From the IMG/VR virus record IMGVR_UViG_3300042731_006512, positions 1 through 64,000 of that record: a stretch of DNA of 64,000 bases, one strand, 5' to 3'. This stretch comes from a virus. A model generated the notes under the pieces. The model did not search any database. It was given only the letters and a program-made list of their open reading frames with translations, and had not been told where the DNA came from. A program made the position numbers and the translations under genes. Numbering within the stretch: the first letter of the stretch is position 1; each line of letters starts with the position of its first letter. Of this stretch, positions 49,376-58,257 are shown in pieces.

Positions 49376-50107
49376 CTATATCTCTATAGTCAGTTTTTTA
49401 CCATTCACGGAAGTTTTAATAGCAAGATTTTCATATGACGTAATAGAAACAGAAGGATGATCAGTCGCTGGATAAGTTTTTACAGAAACGTTATCTGCAA
49501 GAGCAACTGCAGAGATTGCCTTATTAAACTCTATTTCTATAGATGACAAAGTCACTTCATTTTCAACAGAGTTTGCTGCAGGAGTAACCTTAACTACATC
49601 AAGATTATCCAATACAGACAAAGAAGAAACAGTACTCGTTAATACAGATGTAGATGATGTTGAAGGCAAAGCTTCAATAGAACCACTTCCTGTAGTCCAA
49701 GAAAAAGTTATCTGCCCATCGCTATATGTTATTCCATTAGTATCATCAGCTTCTGGTAAGTGAGCTGTATATTCTGTTAACGCCGCCATTGGAGATGACG
49801 GTGTAAATGTCATTTTTGTAGCACCAGCTACAGTCTCAAAAGAAAAAGAACCTTCAACTATTCCAGAATATCCAGGCGAAGTAAGAAAATCATCTCCCTG
49901 AGAAACATTATCTGGATAAATATTAAACTCAGATATTCCGGGACCAATAAACTGGTCTGTATCAGGACCGGATATAAAAAACTCTCTTTCAAGAGAGTCT
50001 GTATCCATCAATCTGTCAAACTGTATTGTTATTGTAGAGTTAAGAGAAACTCCAACAGAACCGTAGGGAGGATTATAGTCAGCAATGATATCTTTAAGTA
50101 TAGTCAC
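49376..50107 (-). CDS. Ig-like (Big/SbsA-like) domain protein, possible head decoration
   Basis: 243 aa. PPYGSVGVSLNSTITIQFDRLMDTDSL and a second VTPAANSVENEVTLSSIEIEFNKAI repeat resemble bacterial Ig-like domains. Confidence 0.4.
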   Translation of the reverse strand: MTILKDIIADYNPPYGSVGVSLNSTITIQFDRLMDTDSLEREFFISGPDTDQFIGPGISEFNIYPDNVSQGDDFLTSPGYSGIVEGSFSFETVAGATKMTFTPSSPMAALTEYTAHLPEADDTNGITYSDGQITFSWTTGSGSIEALPSTSSTSVLTSTVSSLSVLDNLDVVKVTPAANSVENEVTLSSIEIEFNKAISAVALADNVSVKTYPATDHPSVSITSYENLAIKTSVNGKKLTIEI

Positions 50108-50113
50108 TCAACA

Positions 50114-50782
50114 TTAATCATCCTTTATTTTAATAGCAACCAGCTCCTCTTCTGATTCTACCACATCAGTAATATTTGATAATAGCCGCCTATTCATTCC
50201 TTTAAAAACTTGTCTTTCCTCATATTCTGAAGCACTCGGAGCATTATTATTTTCAATCTTACACGCATTTTTTTGAGCCTGTTTGGTTATAAGCTCAGAA
50301 ATAAAACCTAAAACAGTTTTGCGATTTTTACCAAGTTGTTCAAGTTTGAAAAGAGTTTCTAAATCGACAGCAGAATAATCAACAAGTAATCTTTTGAGAG
50401 AAGCAACACTATTCTTGAGAACCTTTTTTAACTCATTAGCTTTAGATACAGCACCTAAAGCCTCGACACTCGAAACAGGAATACTTTGAGATACAGGATT
50501 TGTCTCTATACCAAACACTTCTCTTAACTGAGAAGATTCGGTCTCTTTTCTCTTTTTTAAATATTCCCTAAGAACAACACGGAAATCACTCTGAAACTCT
50601 TCATCGTCTTCTGCTTCTAAAGTCTTCATTTTAATAGCTGACCAAAGTATCTGCTTTTGATAAGGTGTAAGTGTAGAATAATCTACATCAAGAAAATCAT
50701 TCTGTTCAGAAGAAAGAAAAATCTCAGTGTCTGGAATAGCCCACATTGGTGTCTGTTCTACATTAAAAATACGAATCCTCAT
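50114..50782 (-). CDS. Hypothetical head-module protein
   Basis: 222-aa ORF with AGGAGGAA SD; the first gene after the capsid-gene terminator. Confidence 0.4.
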   Translation of the reverse strand: MRIRIFNVEQTPMWAIPDTEIFLSSEQNDFLDVDYSTLTPYQKQILWSAIKMKTLEAEDDEEFQSDFRVVLREYLKKRKETESSQLREVFGIETNPVSQSIPVSSVEALGAVSKANELKKVLKNSVASLKRLLVDYSAVDLETLFKLEQLGKNRKTVLGFISELITKQAQKNACKIENNNAPSASEYEERQVFKGMNRRLLSNITDVVESEEELVAIKIKDD

Positions 50783-50811
50783 ACGTTCCTCCTATTTTAG
50801 AAATAGAATAC

Positions 50812-50847
50812 AAAAAAAATGGGCCCAAGTCAAGAAACAAGGGCCCA
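50812..50847 (-). terminator. Rho-independent terminator after the major capsid gene
   Basis: On the minus strand: TGGGCCC-(14-nt loop)-GGGCCCA followed by TTTTTTTT. It lies in the 85-nt gap between 50868 and 50782. Confidence 0.75.
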
Positions 50848-50867
50848 GAGAACTATTTACTTACATA

Positions 50868-52127
50868 TTACGACAGAACGTTTTCAGTAGCACTAATCGG
50901 AAGAACAGAACCAGATACACCAGACGAGATAGTAGTTTGAGCAGGTAAAACGATTTCATTCGGTACAACCTTCACATTCTTCATTACAGCAACACCTTGA
51001 CCTTCATTAGCAATAGCCAAAGAATATCGCTCTTTAGCTTTAATCTTACGAATATCAACTCGTTTGTCATCCCACTCATCAACCATAATATCTTCATCGA
51101 CAATCAAGAAACCAAGCTCATTGCGGTCGAACATATAAATATCAGTTAGTTTGTTATTAGGATTAAAAGCAACCATAGGACTTACTATAATAGTGAATGG
51201 GTAACCAAGATACGATGGCAACTGAGGAGCTGAGTTAATATCTTGAGGATAAGCAGTCAACTGACTTGCAGCTAGACTTGCAGCATTTCCACCAGGAAGA
51301 ATATTTTGACCAACACCCATTCCTCGACCACCTTGATTCTGCCAAGGCGCCTGACCAGCAGGGTTACCACGAGGAGTGGCAAAGAAAGTTCCACCACCAG
51401 CAGAAAGAGCAAAATATCGAAGGATTGGGTCCTTAATCCACATTACCCAAGTAAGTGGATGCATCAGGATTGTGTCAGGAGTGAAGCCCTGAGTAATAAC
51501 CTGAGCGTAACAATCAAACACATCATCCATTGTACAAGAACCATTTGCTTCACCATTTAACGAACGCCCATGTGTTACACCAAGAACAGAAGAGGTCGGA
51601 GATAGGTTGTTAAATACATGTACACCTTCTGCCGAAATCATATTGAAAACTTTTCTTTCCTTCCATCGCGCTAGAGCACGACCACCCATACGAAGCATCA
51701 TATTAATAATGTCATACTGAGAAAATCTCATCATTTCTTCTGTAATAGAAACAGCCAATCCACACTTACCAACAGTAGCAATCACGGTTGACCCACCAAG
51801 AGATGGTATCAACTCTGGATATTCCTGACCTTCACCGATTTCAAAGTTACCGTCCAAAGCTCCAGCAGCTGGGAGAGTGATTGCTTGACCATAAGTATAT
51901 TGAATGCGTTGTAGTAAAGAAGTTCCAACAAGCAATGGTTCAGCAGCTTCTTTTATCTGATTAGTTATTACTTTAGGAAGAAAAACAGGAGCATCAGTTG
52001 TGCTGATAGCATCCTTTATTGTATGAAATCTTTGTGGGTCATCAAAGTCACGGCCCGCATTCCGCCATGTATATTCATATTTTTGAAAATCTTCAATCTT
52101 AAACTCTGTTTTATTATTACTATCCAT
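50868..52127 (-). CDS. Major capsid protein (HK97 fold)
   Basis: 419 aa. Overall HK97-family pattern (VFLPKVITNQIKEAAEPLLVGTSLL..., GKCGLAVSITEEMMRFSQYDIINMMLRMGGRALARWKE, TPDTILMHPLTW). AAGGAGGA SD and a terminator downstream. Confidence 0.75.
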   Translation of the reverse strand: MDSNNKTEFKIEDFQKYEYTWRNAGRDFDDPQRFHTIKDAISTTDAPVFLPKVITNQIKEAAEPLLVGTSLLQRIQYTYGQAITLPAAGALDGNFEIGEGQEYPELIPSLGGSTVIATVGKCGLAVSITEEMMRFSQYDIINMMLRMGGRALARWKERKVFNMISAEGVHVFNNLSPTSSVLGVTHGRSLNGEANGSCTMDDVFDCYAQVITQGFTPDTILMHPLTWVMWIKDPILRYFALSAGGGTFFATPRGNPAGQAPWQNQGGRGMGVGQNILPGGNAASLAASQLTAYPQDINSAPQLPSYLGYPFTIIVSPMVAFNPNNKLTDIYMFDRNELGFLIVDEDIMVDEWDDKRVDIRKIKAKERYSLAIANEGQGVAVMKNVKVVPNEIVLPAQTTISSGVSGSVLPISATENVLS

Positions 52128-52144
52128 CTCTAATAGATTCCTCC

Positions 52145-53374
52145 TTATCGAGACACCATATTTACTATTGCGGTGAGATTAGCTGCTCCAGAATAATGAA
52201 TATTGGTTTGATAACCACCACTCGCAGAACCAGGCATCTGGTCCATTTGACCAGCTGTTCCAGGAAGTGAACCAGTAGCATCTGTATTTAATGACGAATA
52301 TGCAGTGCGAACTCTATCAAGATAAGCTTGTGGGAATGTATGAATATTCAAAACCTGTCCCATAATATGGGAAAATGTATCAAAATCATCCGTTTCACCA
52401 TCTCCATACACCTTGGGAGTGGCAACTTGCCAGTTAGAGTTAGTATCACATTTCAAAAAATCACCAGGCAACGGATTACCTACGACACAAGCAAAAACCG
52501 AAACTGAAGATGGAGCAGAAGCATAATGATAGTATGCAATCTGATAATCGCTGGTTGAAATCGAACTAGTTGTATAAACACTCACTACACCAGTTGTTAG
52601 ATTAATATGCCAGTCGCCAGCCGCAGCTAAATCAGAAACCGAATCAACTTCATTCACAAACTTAGACGAAGCATCAGTTGCATTTCCATTAGTAAACGAA
52701 ATCGCAGTGCGAGTTGTATTCTTGGCCACAGGAAGATTTGACACAGCAGCAAACGTACAAACATTATTCACATTAGAACCTACAGTTAAATCTGTAGCAC
52801 TCTGAGAAGCAGGTACAACTGGAAGTTCTACGGCATAGTCACAAAGAGCAGCAATACGATGTTGCATATTATAGTTATGGTTTCGATAATACGCTGGATT
52901 TGTACCATCATCATTTGAGCTTCCATCACCCGCCCACTGTATATAAGAATACGGAGCAGCACCAATCGGTGCCTTCGCAGCCCAAGTAAGACCTGTTACA
53001 CCCATCCAAGCCGAAACATCACCCAAAGTGATAGGACTTGCTGAAACACTCGCTGCAGTGCAAGCATTGCCAGTTCTGACATCAATAGTCTGTGTATTAA
53101 CATCATTATTCGTATAAGTAACGGTTGAACTACCCAACATATACTGACCAGGAACGATACGTCCTTGAGGGTCGACAGAAATCAACTTACCTGCAGTGCA
53201 TACAAGCCAGTTCTCATAATGTTTTTCCCAAAACAAAACCGGCAACCAAGCAGCCGGCATAGAATCAAAATGCGGACGAATACCTTCACTATATTCCATA
53301 TTTGGAAGTACATTTCCAACATGGTCCCAGCTCTTAAAAGAGCCAGTCATTTGATTTACATTATTATAACTCAT
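52145..53374 (-). CDS. Capsid-associated protein (decoration or second capsid component)
   Basis: 409-aa ORF between the scaffold-like gene and the major capsid gene, with a strong SD. No confident family call. Confidence 0.35.
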   Translation of the reverse strand: MSYNNVNQMTGSFKSWDHVGNVLPNMEYSEGIRPHFDSMPAAWLPVLFWEKHYENWLVCTAGKLISVDPQGRIVPGQYMLGSSTVTYTNNDVNTQTIDVRTGNACTAASVSASPITLGDVSAWMGVTGLTWAAKAPIGAAPYSYIQWAGDGSSNDDGTNPAYYRNHNYNMQHRIAALCDYAVELPVVPASQSATDLTVGSNVNNVCTFAAVSNLPVAKNTTRTAISFTNGNATDASSKFVNEVDSVSDLAAAGDWHINLTTGVVSVYTTSSISTSDYQIAYYHYASAPSSVSVFACVVGNPLPGDFLKCDTNSNWQVATPKVYGDGETDDFDTFSHIMGQVLNIHTFPQAYLDRVRTAYSSLNTDATGSLPGTAGQMDQMPGSASGGYQTNIHYSGAANLTAIVNMVSR

Positions 53375-53392
53375 TCTTTATCTCTCTCCTCC

Positions 53393-55786
53393 TTAACAAT
53401 CCTGTTTATGAGAAAATCTTTTTCTTTCTGAAAGAAGTTTTTCTATTTGCAACCGTCTCCATTCATCAGCCTTTTTCATATCAGAAAAGTTCTCAAAAGC
53501 CTTTCTGTTAATCTCTACTATTTTTTCTTGCATATCTTCTGGTATTTCTTCAAAGTTTAATGTTGGGTCTTCTACTTCTCCTTCAGGAACTCTACTCATC
53601 CCATCATTAAGTTTAGCTACTATTTTATTAATGTCAACTTCCTCAGATAACTTAAGAACTTGTGACTGAACAACTTCATCAGATAACTCAAGCCAACTAT
53701 TCTTAACATCCTCAGTTACCTCTCCATCTTTAAGAGAAGTCAATAAATCAAGCTCTCTAACTTGTAAATCACGAATCACTTTTTTATTATCAATCAGTTC
53801 ATCGCGAATAGAATCATTATCCTTTTGTATTAAATCATATTCTTCTTTCAAGGCATCTCTTTCTACTTCTGTTTCTGTTAACTTATCTTTAAGCTCACCA
53901 ACAGTTTCTTCTAGAGAAATAATCTCATCTAAAAGGTCTATATCTTGAAAATGTTTAACAACATCCTTTAGTTCTTGTTCACTAGAACTAAGAGCACTAA
54001 CAAAGTTATCTTTACCAACCATAGTTACAAGATTTTTCATTACAGAAGAAAGAGCAGATACATCATCATCATTAAGAACAGGTTCTTTCCCGTCATCCTG
54101 TCGATATTTCTTTGTATACATATGTTCTGTAACAGTCTGAACAAGCATTTGAAGTACACGCGCATGGTCAATAGCATCTTTAGTCTTTTTAAAACATCCA
54201 AAAACTTTTGCCTTTCTATCTACATTAGCAAGAATCTTTTGAACGCTCTCTTTGTCTTTAAACTTAGCAAGTGCAGACTTAACTAACGTTACATCTTCAC
54301 AGTCAACAACAGGGAAAGTTTGATGCGGGCCACAAAAAGCAGATTTTGAAACATTAACATGGTCCTTTTTCTTAGAACCACAAGCAGGTAAATCAGGCCA
54401 ATGCCTACAAACACAACGCTTAATACCAGCAGGATTCGGAGCATTTCTTGCATACGCTAAAGCAGCAACTGCTCTTTTTCTTGTATTAACAGGATAACTT
54501 CCTTTTGGAGCCCCACCAGCAGGCCCACAAAATGGACCCTTTTTATACCTACCTACATTACTACCACCTGGTTTATCCTGCGGTTTAGTCGCATCATTAA
54601 TATCCTCATAACCTTCAAGAACAGTATCCTCAACATCTTCAAGAGACTGAGCATATTGTTCCATCTCTAACGAAACTTTACTCCAATCTACGTCTTCAAC
54701 ATTACTTTGGTCACCAAAAACCAAATCATAAAAATAAGACTTATCTTCATCGCTGATATCTTCTTTAAGAAGACTATCAAGCAAATCTACAAAAGATTTC
54801 TCTTGCTCACAGTTTACTTCTTCTACGACGATATCCTTATTGACAGAATCCTGAATCTTTTCAGTCTTCTCGCCTTTGTTAGAACTCATTCTTTCCTCCT
54901 TCGATTCATACTGTGGAAAATAAAGTTTTACTTCTCGCGTATTTCCTATATATTCATTTTGGATTTCAATATTTTTTGTTTCTCCGTTATAGTATAGTTC
55001 TAAAACTCTAGATTGTCTATCAGCTGGCTGGTTAACTACCGAATATTCATCATAAAAAAACTCACCCATAATAAGAACACATTTTTGCCCATCGTAGATA
55101 GCTCCAGGTATGTGTTCACATTCGCTATTTTTGACATAATCCTGCTTACAAATAGAGCAAACAGCTCTATTGGTTCGAGCACCAACAGACCCAGTAAGAA
55201 ATCTCCCATCAAGAAACTTTTGAATAGCATCAGGGTCAGTAATATCACAGATAATCTGTATATGACCAAGACCTACATAATCTCCACTGCGAATAAAGGT
55301 ATTATCTTCAATCTGTTTATTAAAATAGTTACGAACAAAATCTATTTGAAGAGCAAATGGCATTCTACCAGTACAGAAATCTTGAAGAGAGTTTTCTGAA
55401 AAATCTACACAACTATCTTTTACTAACAAATCTTTAAACTGGTCTTTAATAACTCCAGAAGTATCTACATATACAGCATCAATAACTCGTCCAATACTAT
55501 CTTGTCTCTCGTTATGATGTTTAAGAACTGGCTTTCCATAATCTTCTAAAAAAGTAGGAGCTGCTTTTTTCATTTTGTCTGGTAAATAAAACATATTATT
55601 TCGAGTAACAATGCCAGCATGAGTAGCAGCTATTTTAACTTTTAAACCCTTGGTGTCAGAATCTAACTTGGCATCTTTGATTTCAAATGGCCCACGCGAG
55701 TTCTCAAAATCATCTTTTATAGAAACAAGATGAGAGTTCAAACAGTTAAAACTAATCAAATCATTTATTTTTAAATAGTTATCCAT
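53393..55786 (-). CDS. Prohead protease-like N-terminal domain fused to an acidic coiled-coil scaffold-like C-terminal region
   Basis: 797 aa. The N-terminus (KIAATHAGIVTRNNMFYLPDKM...YGKPVLKHHNERQDSIGRV, Zn-ribbon CSICKQDY...CEH) resembles phage prohead-processing domains. The C-terminal roughly 500 aa are Glu/Asp/Lys-rich with coiled-coil character. Position between portal and capsid genes. Confidence 0.4.
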   Translation of the reverse strand: MDNYLKINDLISFNCLNSHLVSIKDDFENSRGPFEIKDAKLDSDTKGLKVKIAATHAGIVTRNNMFYLPDKMKKAAPTFLEDYGKPVLKHHNERQDSIGRVIDAVYVDTSGVIKDQFKDLLVKDSCVDFSENSLQDFCTGRMPFALQIDFVRNYFNKQIEDNTFIRSGDYVGLGHIQIICDITDPDAIQKFLDGRFLTGSVGARTNRAVCSICKQDYVKNSECEHIPGAIYDGQKCVLIMGEFFYDEYSVVNQPADRQSRVLELYYNGETKNIEIQNEYIGNTREVKLYFPQYESKEERMSSNKGEKTEKIQDSVNKDIVVEEVNCEQEKSFVDLLDSLLKEDISDEDKSYFYDLVFGDQSNVEDVDWSKVSLEMEQYAQSLEDVEDTVLEGYEDINDATKPQDKPGGSNVGRYKKGPFCGPAGGAPKGSYPVNTRKRAVAALAYARNAPNPAGIKRCVCRHWPDLPACGSKKKDHVNVSKSAFCGPHQTFPVVDCEDVTLVKSALAKFKDKESVQKILANVDRKAKVFGCFKKTKDAIDHARVLQMLVQTVTEHMYTKKYRQDDGKEPVLNDDDVSALSSVMKNLVTMVGKDNFVSALSSSEQELKDVVKHFQDIDLLDEIISLEETVGELKDKLTETEVERDALKEEYDLIQKDNDSIRDELIDNKKVIRDLQVRELDLLTSLKDGEVTEDVKNSWLELSDEVVQSQVLKLSEEVDINKIVAKLNDGMSRVPEGEVEDPTLNFEEIPEDMQEKIVEINRKAFENFSDMKKADEWRRLQIEKLLSERKRFSHKQDC
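54887..54901 (-). promoter_or_regulatory. Internal in-frame RBS and ATG (candidate nested scaffold start)
   Basis: The minus strand reads GAATCGAAGGAGGAAAGAATGAGT. AAGGAGG sits 5 nt upstream of in-frame Met300 (ATG 54887..54889), at the boundary between the globular N-domain and the acidic C-terminal region. Confidence 0.35.
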
Positions 55787-55788
55787 CT

Positions 55789-58257
55789 TTACTCCTTCAA
55801 ACGGCTATTACAAATAGCATACGCTGAACTTTTTATCTTATCCGACTCCCAAGATGGATGCTGTTTTCTTAAGCTTTTTTTAACCTTAAGTACACACCTT
55901 TCCATCTTAGAGATATCTTGAATCTCTTCATCATTTAGTCTCCCATAACAAACTGCTTCAGCAAAAGCTTTCAAATCTCTTGACTCTAAAGAAGGATTAT
56001 CTCTTCTCAATATAGAAATCATTCTTTGAATACAGTTTGACATACGAGTTTTTCGAGCAGCTTTTTGAGCACTGCGATTTTGTTTATCCTCTATTATATT
56101 ATTATCACAATCAACAACTTCCTCAACACTGTCAGTTAGTTCCACATTTTCAAAATAAGACTTGGTCTGGCAATCACAGTTAGCATGAAAAGGAGATATG
56201 TCACCCAATGTAACAATATCTGTTTTTAAAACTTGACCTATATGGTCTTTACACATATCACAAGATTCTTCATTGCCTTCTATAATGAAGCTTTTTATTC
56301 CAGCAAGCTTCATAGCAACTACACGCCCATAGTTTCGGGCTTTACGAACTTCAACATCTTCTATAAACTTACTTCTAAAAGCAAATGAATCAAAAACTGC
56401 TTCTACTGTAAGAGTTATCTCATCATTTAGCCGAAGATTTCTATTTAAAGAAGAAATAATATCTCTTATCAGTTTATTAATATAAAACTCAGCTCTATCT
56501 CGAAATCTATTTCTAGCCAAAGCAACAGCTTCTATATAAATAGGACCCCTTGCAGAAAGAAAATCTGAATATCCTTTTCTAAAAAAAGAAACTTGTTCCT
56601 GATTAACCTTTTCCACAGCTGGAGTTAATGAAGCCCTTATTAGTTGGCTAATAAAATCGAAATCCGTTTCCTCTGTTTCTTTTAAATAATCCACAATCTG
56701 TTTTTTTGTATCTTTGTATCTTTGGGTCAAAAAAGCATCTCGCACAACCATATTTTTGACTGCCTTCTTGTTTGCAATCTGTTGTTTCTTAACAGCTAAC
56801 TCTTCTTGTTGAGTTTGTTTAGCAGCCTGCGCTGTTTTACTTACAGAAGTATAAGCCTCATCAACAGCAGCTATTAATGCTTTAGGTCTATCCATTAACG
56901 GCCATCTAAGTTCATACCACCCGGGGAACTTCTCTGGACCATCTTGACCATTGTCTATTTCATCAGGAGTAGGCAATAGAATAGCATCTCTATCCATTCC
57001 AAATCTTGCTTCGTTCAAACCTATAACATTCTTTTCAAACAAGTCGGCATAATGATTGTCTTTTCGAATCTGCAGATCAATATCTATTTCACGAAACTTA
57101 AATCGAACAACATTTTCTTCATCCAAAACATTAAAGTTAAAGTTAGACTCAAGTAATAGTTCTTTAATAAGCAACTCATTAACAAATCCTTCCATTACTC
57201 GCTGAAAATCTTTTATTCGGTCTATAAGATTTTGACTCAATTGTTCAGACGTGGACCTGTTCGAACTATCCGATTCTCCAAAATCTATCGGAGACATATC
57301 GAGACCAGAAAAAACCCTTCTCTTAAAATGAGTCAAATACCCTTCAGCTCTTATAGCTCTACCTTCAGCACCGATAGCTTTTATCTCATGACGCTCAGTT
57401 GTAACAATACCTCCTTCGGTAGGAAGATATTGTATTTCTCTTCTAACAATATCTACTTCTTTCTCACCATTTTCAGCTGTTGTAGCAGGCGCTTCTTTTG
57501 TTCCTACTGTCCATTGAAACAAAGGAAAAAGATGTTGATATATTAAAAGTTCAATGTTCTCTTCTATTTTCCTAAGAGCACGAACATCATCTATAACTGG
57601 CACCAAAGTTGGCGTGCCAAAAATAAAACCATCTTTTTTATTATAAGCAAAATGAGATACATTATCTTTTGAGAAAAACTTAGTCTGACCATAAGGCATA
57701 CTCTGTTGCCAACCAGCAACATGATTACCAGTCATTGAAAACTCAAAAGTTTCTGCCGGAGGAACAAAATAACCAGCAACTGGCTTCAGTTGTTTCCTTG
57801 TTCCAAAAACTGTACGAACCCTTCCGCCAGAAGACTTCACATTTCTAACTTTGACAACAAAAGCATTCGATTTTCTTACTAAACCATCGCCTATCCTACG
57901 AAATAACTCTGATGTAGGTAAACTTGTGGCCGTAGCTATCTGTGCAAATCTTGCTCTTATATATTCAAGTGTCCGTGGATTCTTACCAGTGAAGTTCCAA
58001 TGCTCTTTAAACATAAGAGCAAGCTTTTTCTCGAAAGAACGTGCAACGTAGGAGTCTACGTCAGAAATACGACCTACTTCAGCAAGATTATATTCAGATG
58101 GATTAAAAGAAGCACGAGAAGGTCGCCTTGTATCAAAAGTGCTACTATAGTTGAAGGTTGGGTCTTTTATAGGTGGAACAACAACTGGAAACTGAGGTTT
58201 TTTCGTAACTTTAACTTGGTCTTTAACTTTTCTTTTTACCCTATGAAGCCCTTTCAT
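55789..58257 (-). CDS. Portal protein fused to a MuF/SPP1 gp7-like minor head domain, with a C-terminal Cys-containing repeat
   Basis: 822 aa. The portal-like N-terminal roughly 450 aa include DVDSYVARSFEKKLALMF..., TTERHEIKAIGAEGRAIRAEGYLTHFKRRVFSGL and NRSTSEQLSQNLIDRIKDFQ. MuF signature CDMCKDHIGQ...ISPFHANCDCQ lies at about 56167..56262. Two roughly 33-aa repeats end in AVCYGRL and AICNSRL. Confidence 0.6.
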   Translation of the reverse strand: MKGLHRVKRKVKDQVKVTKKPQFPVVVPPIKDPTFNYSSTFDTRRPSRASFNPSEYNLAEVGRISDVDSYVARSFEKKLALMFKEHWNFTGKNPRTLEYIRARFAQIATATSLPTSELFRRIGDGLVRKSNAFVVKVRNVKSSGGRVRTVFGTRKQLKPVAGYFVPPAETFEFSMTGNHVAGWQQSMPYGQTKFFSKDNVSHFAYNKKDGFIFGTPTLVPVIDDVRALRKIEENIELLIYQHLFPLFQWTVGTKEAPATTAENGEKEVDIVRREIQYLPTEGGIVTTERHEIKAIGAEGRAIRAEGYLTHFKRRVFSGLDMSPIDFGESDSSNRSTSEQLSQNLIDRIKDFQRVMEGFVNELLIKELLLESNFNFNVLDEENVVRFKFREIDIDLQIRKDNHYADLFEKNVIGLNEARFGMDRDAILLPTPDEIDNGQDGPEKFPGWYELRWPLMDRPKALIAAVDEAYTSVSKTAQAAKQTQQEELAVKKQQIANKKAVKNMVVRDAFLTQRYKDTKKQIVDYLKETEETDFDFISQLIRASLTPAVEKVNQEQVSFFRKGYSDFLSARGPIYIEAVALARNRFRDRAEFYINKLIRDIISSLNRNLRLNDEITLTVEAVFDSFAFRSKFIEDVEVRKARNYGRVVAMKLAGIKSFIIEGNEESCDMCKDHIGQVLKTDIVTLGDISPFHANCDCQTKSYFENVELTDSVEEVVDCDNNIIEDKQNRSAQKAARKTRMSNCIQRMISILRRDNPSLESRDLKAFAEAVCYGRLNDEEIQDISKMERCVLKVKKSLRKQHPSWESDKIKSSAYAICNSRLKE

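Noticed and set aside
52145-53374. Calling the 409-aa ORF the major capsid protein
   Set aside because: The adjacent 419-aa ORF shows the much clearer HK97-family pattern and is followed by the strong terminator. The 409-aa protein is left as capsid-associated or decoration with low confidence.
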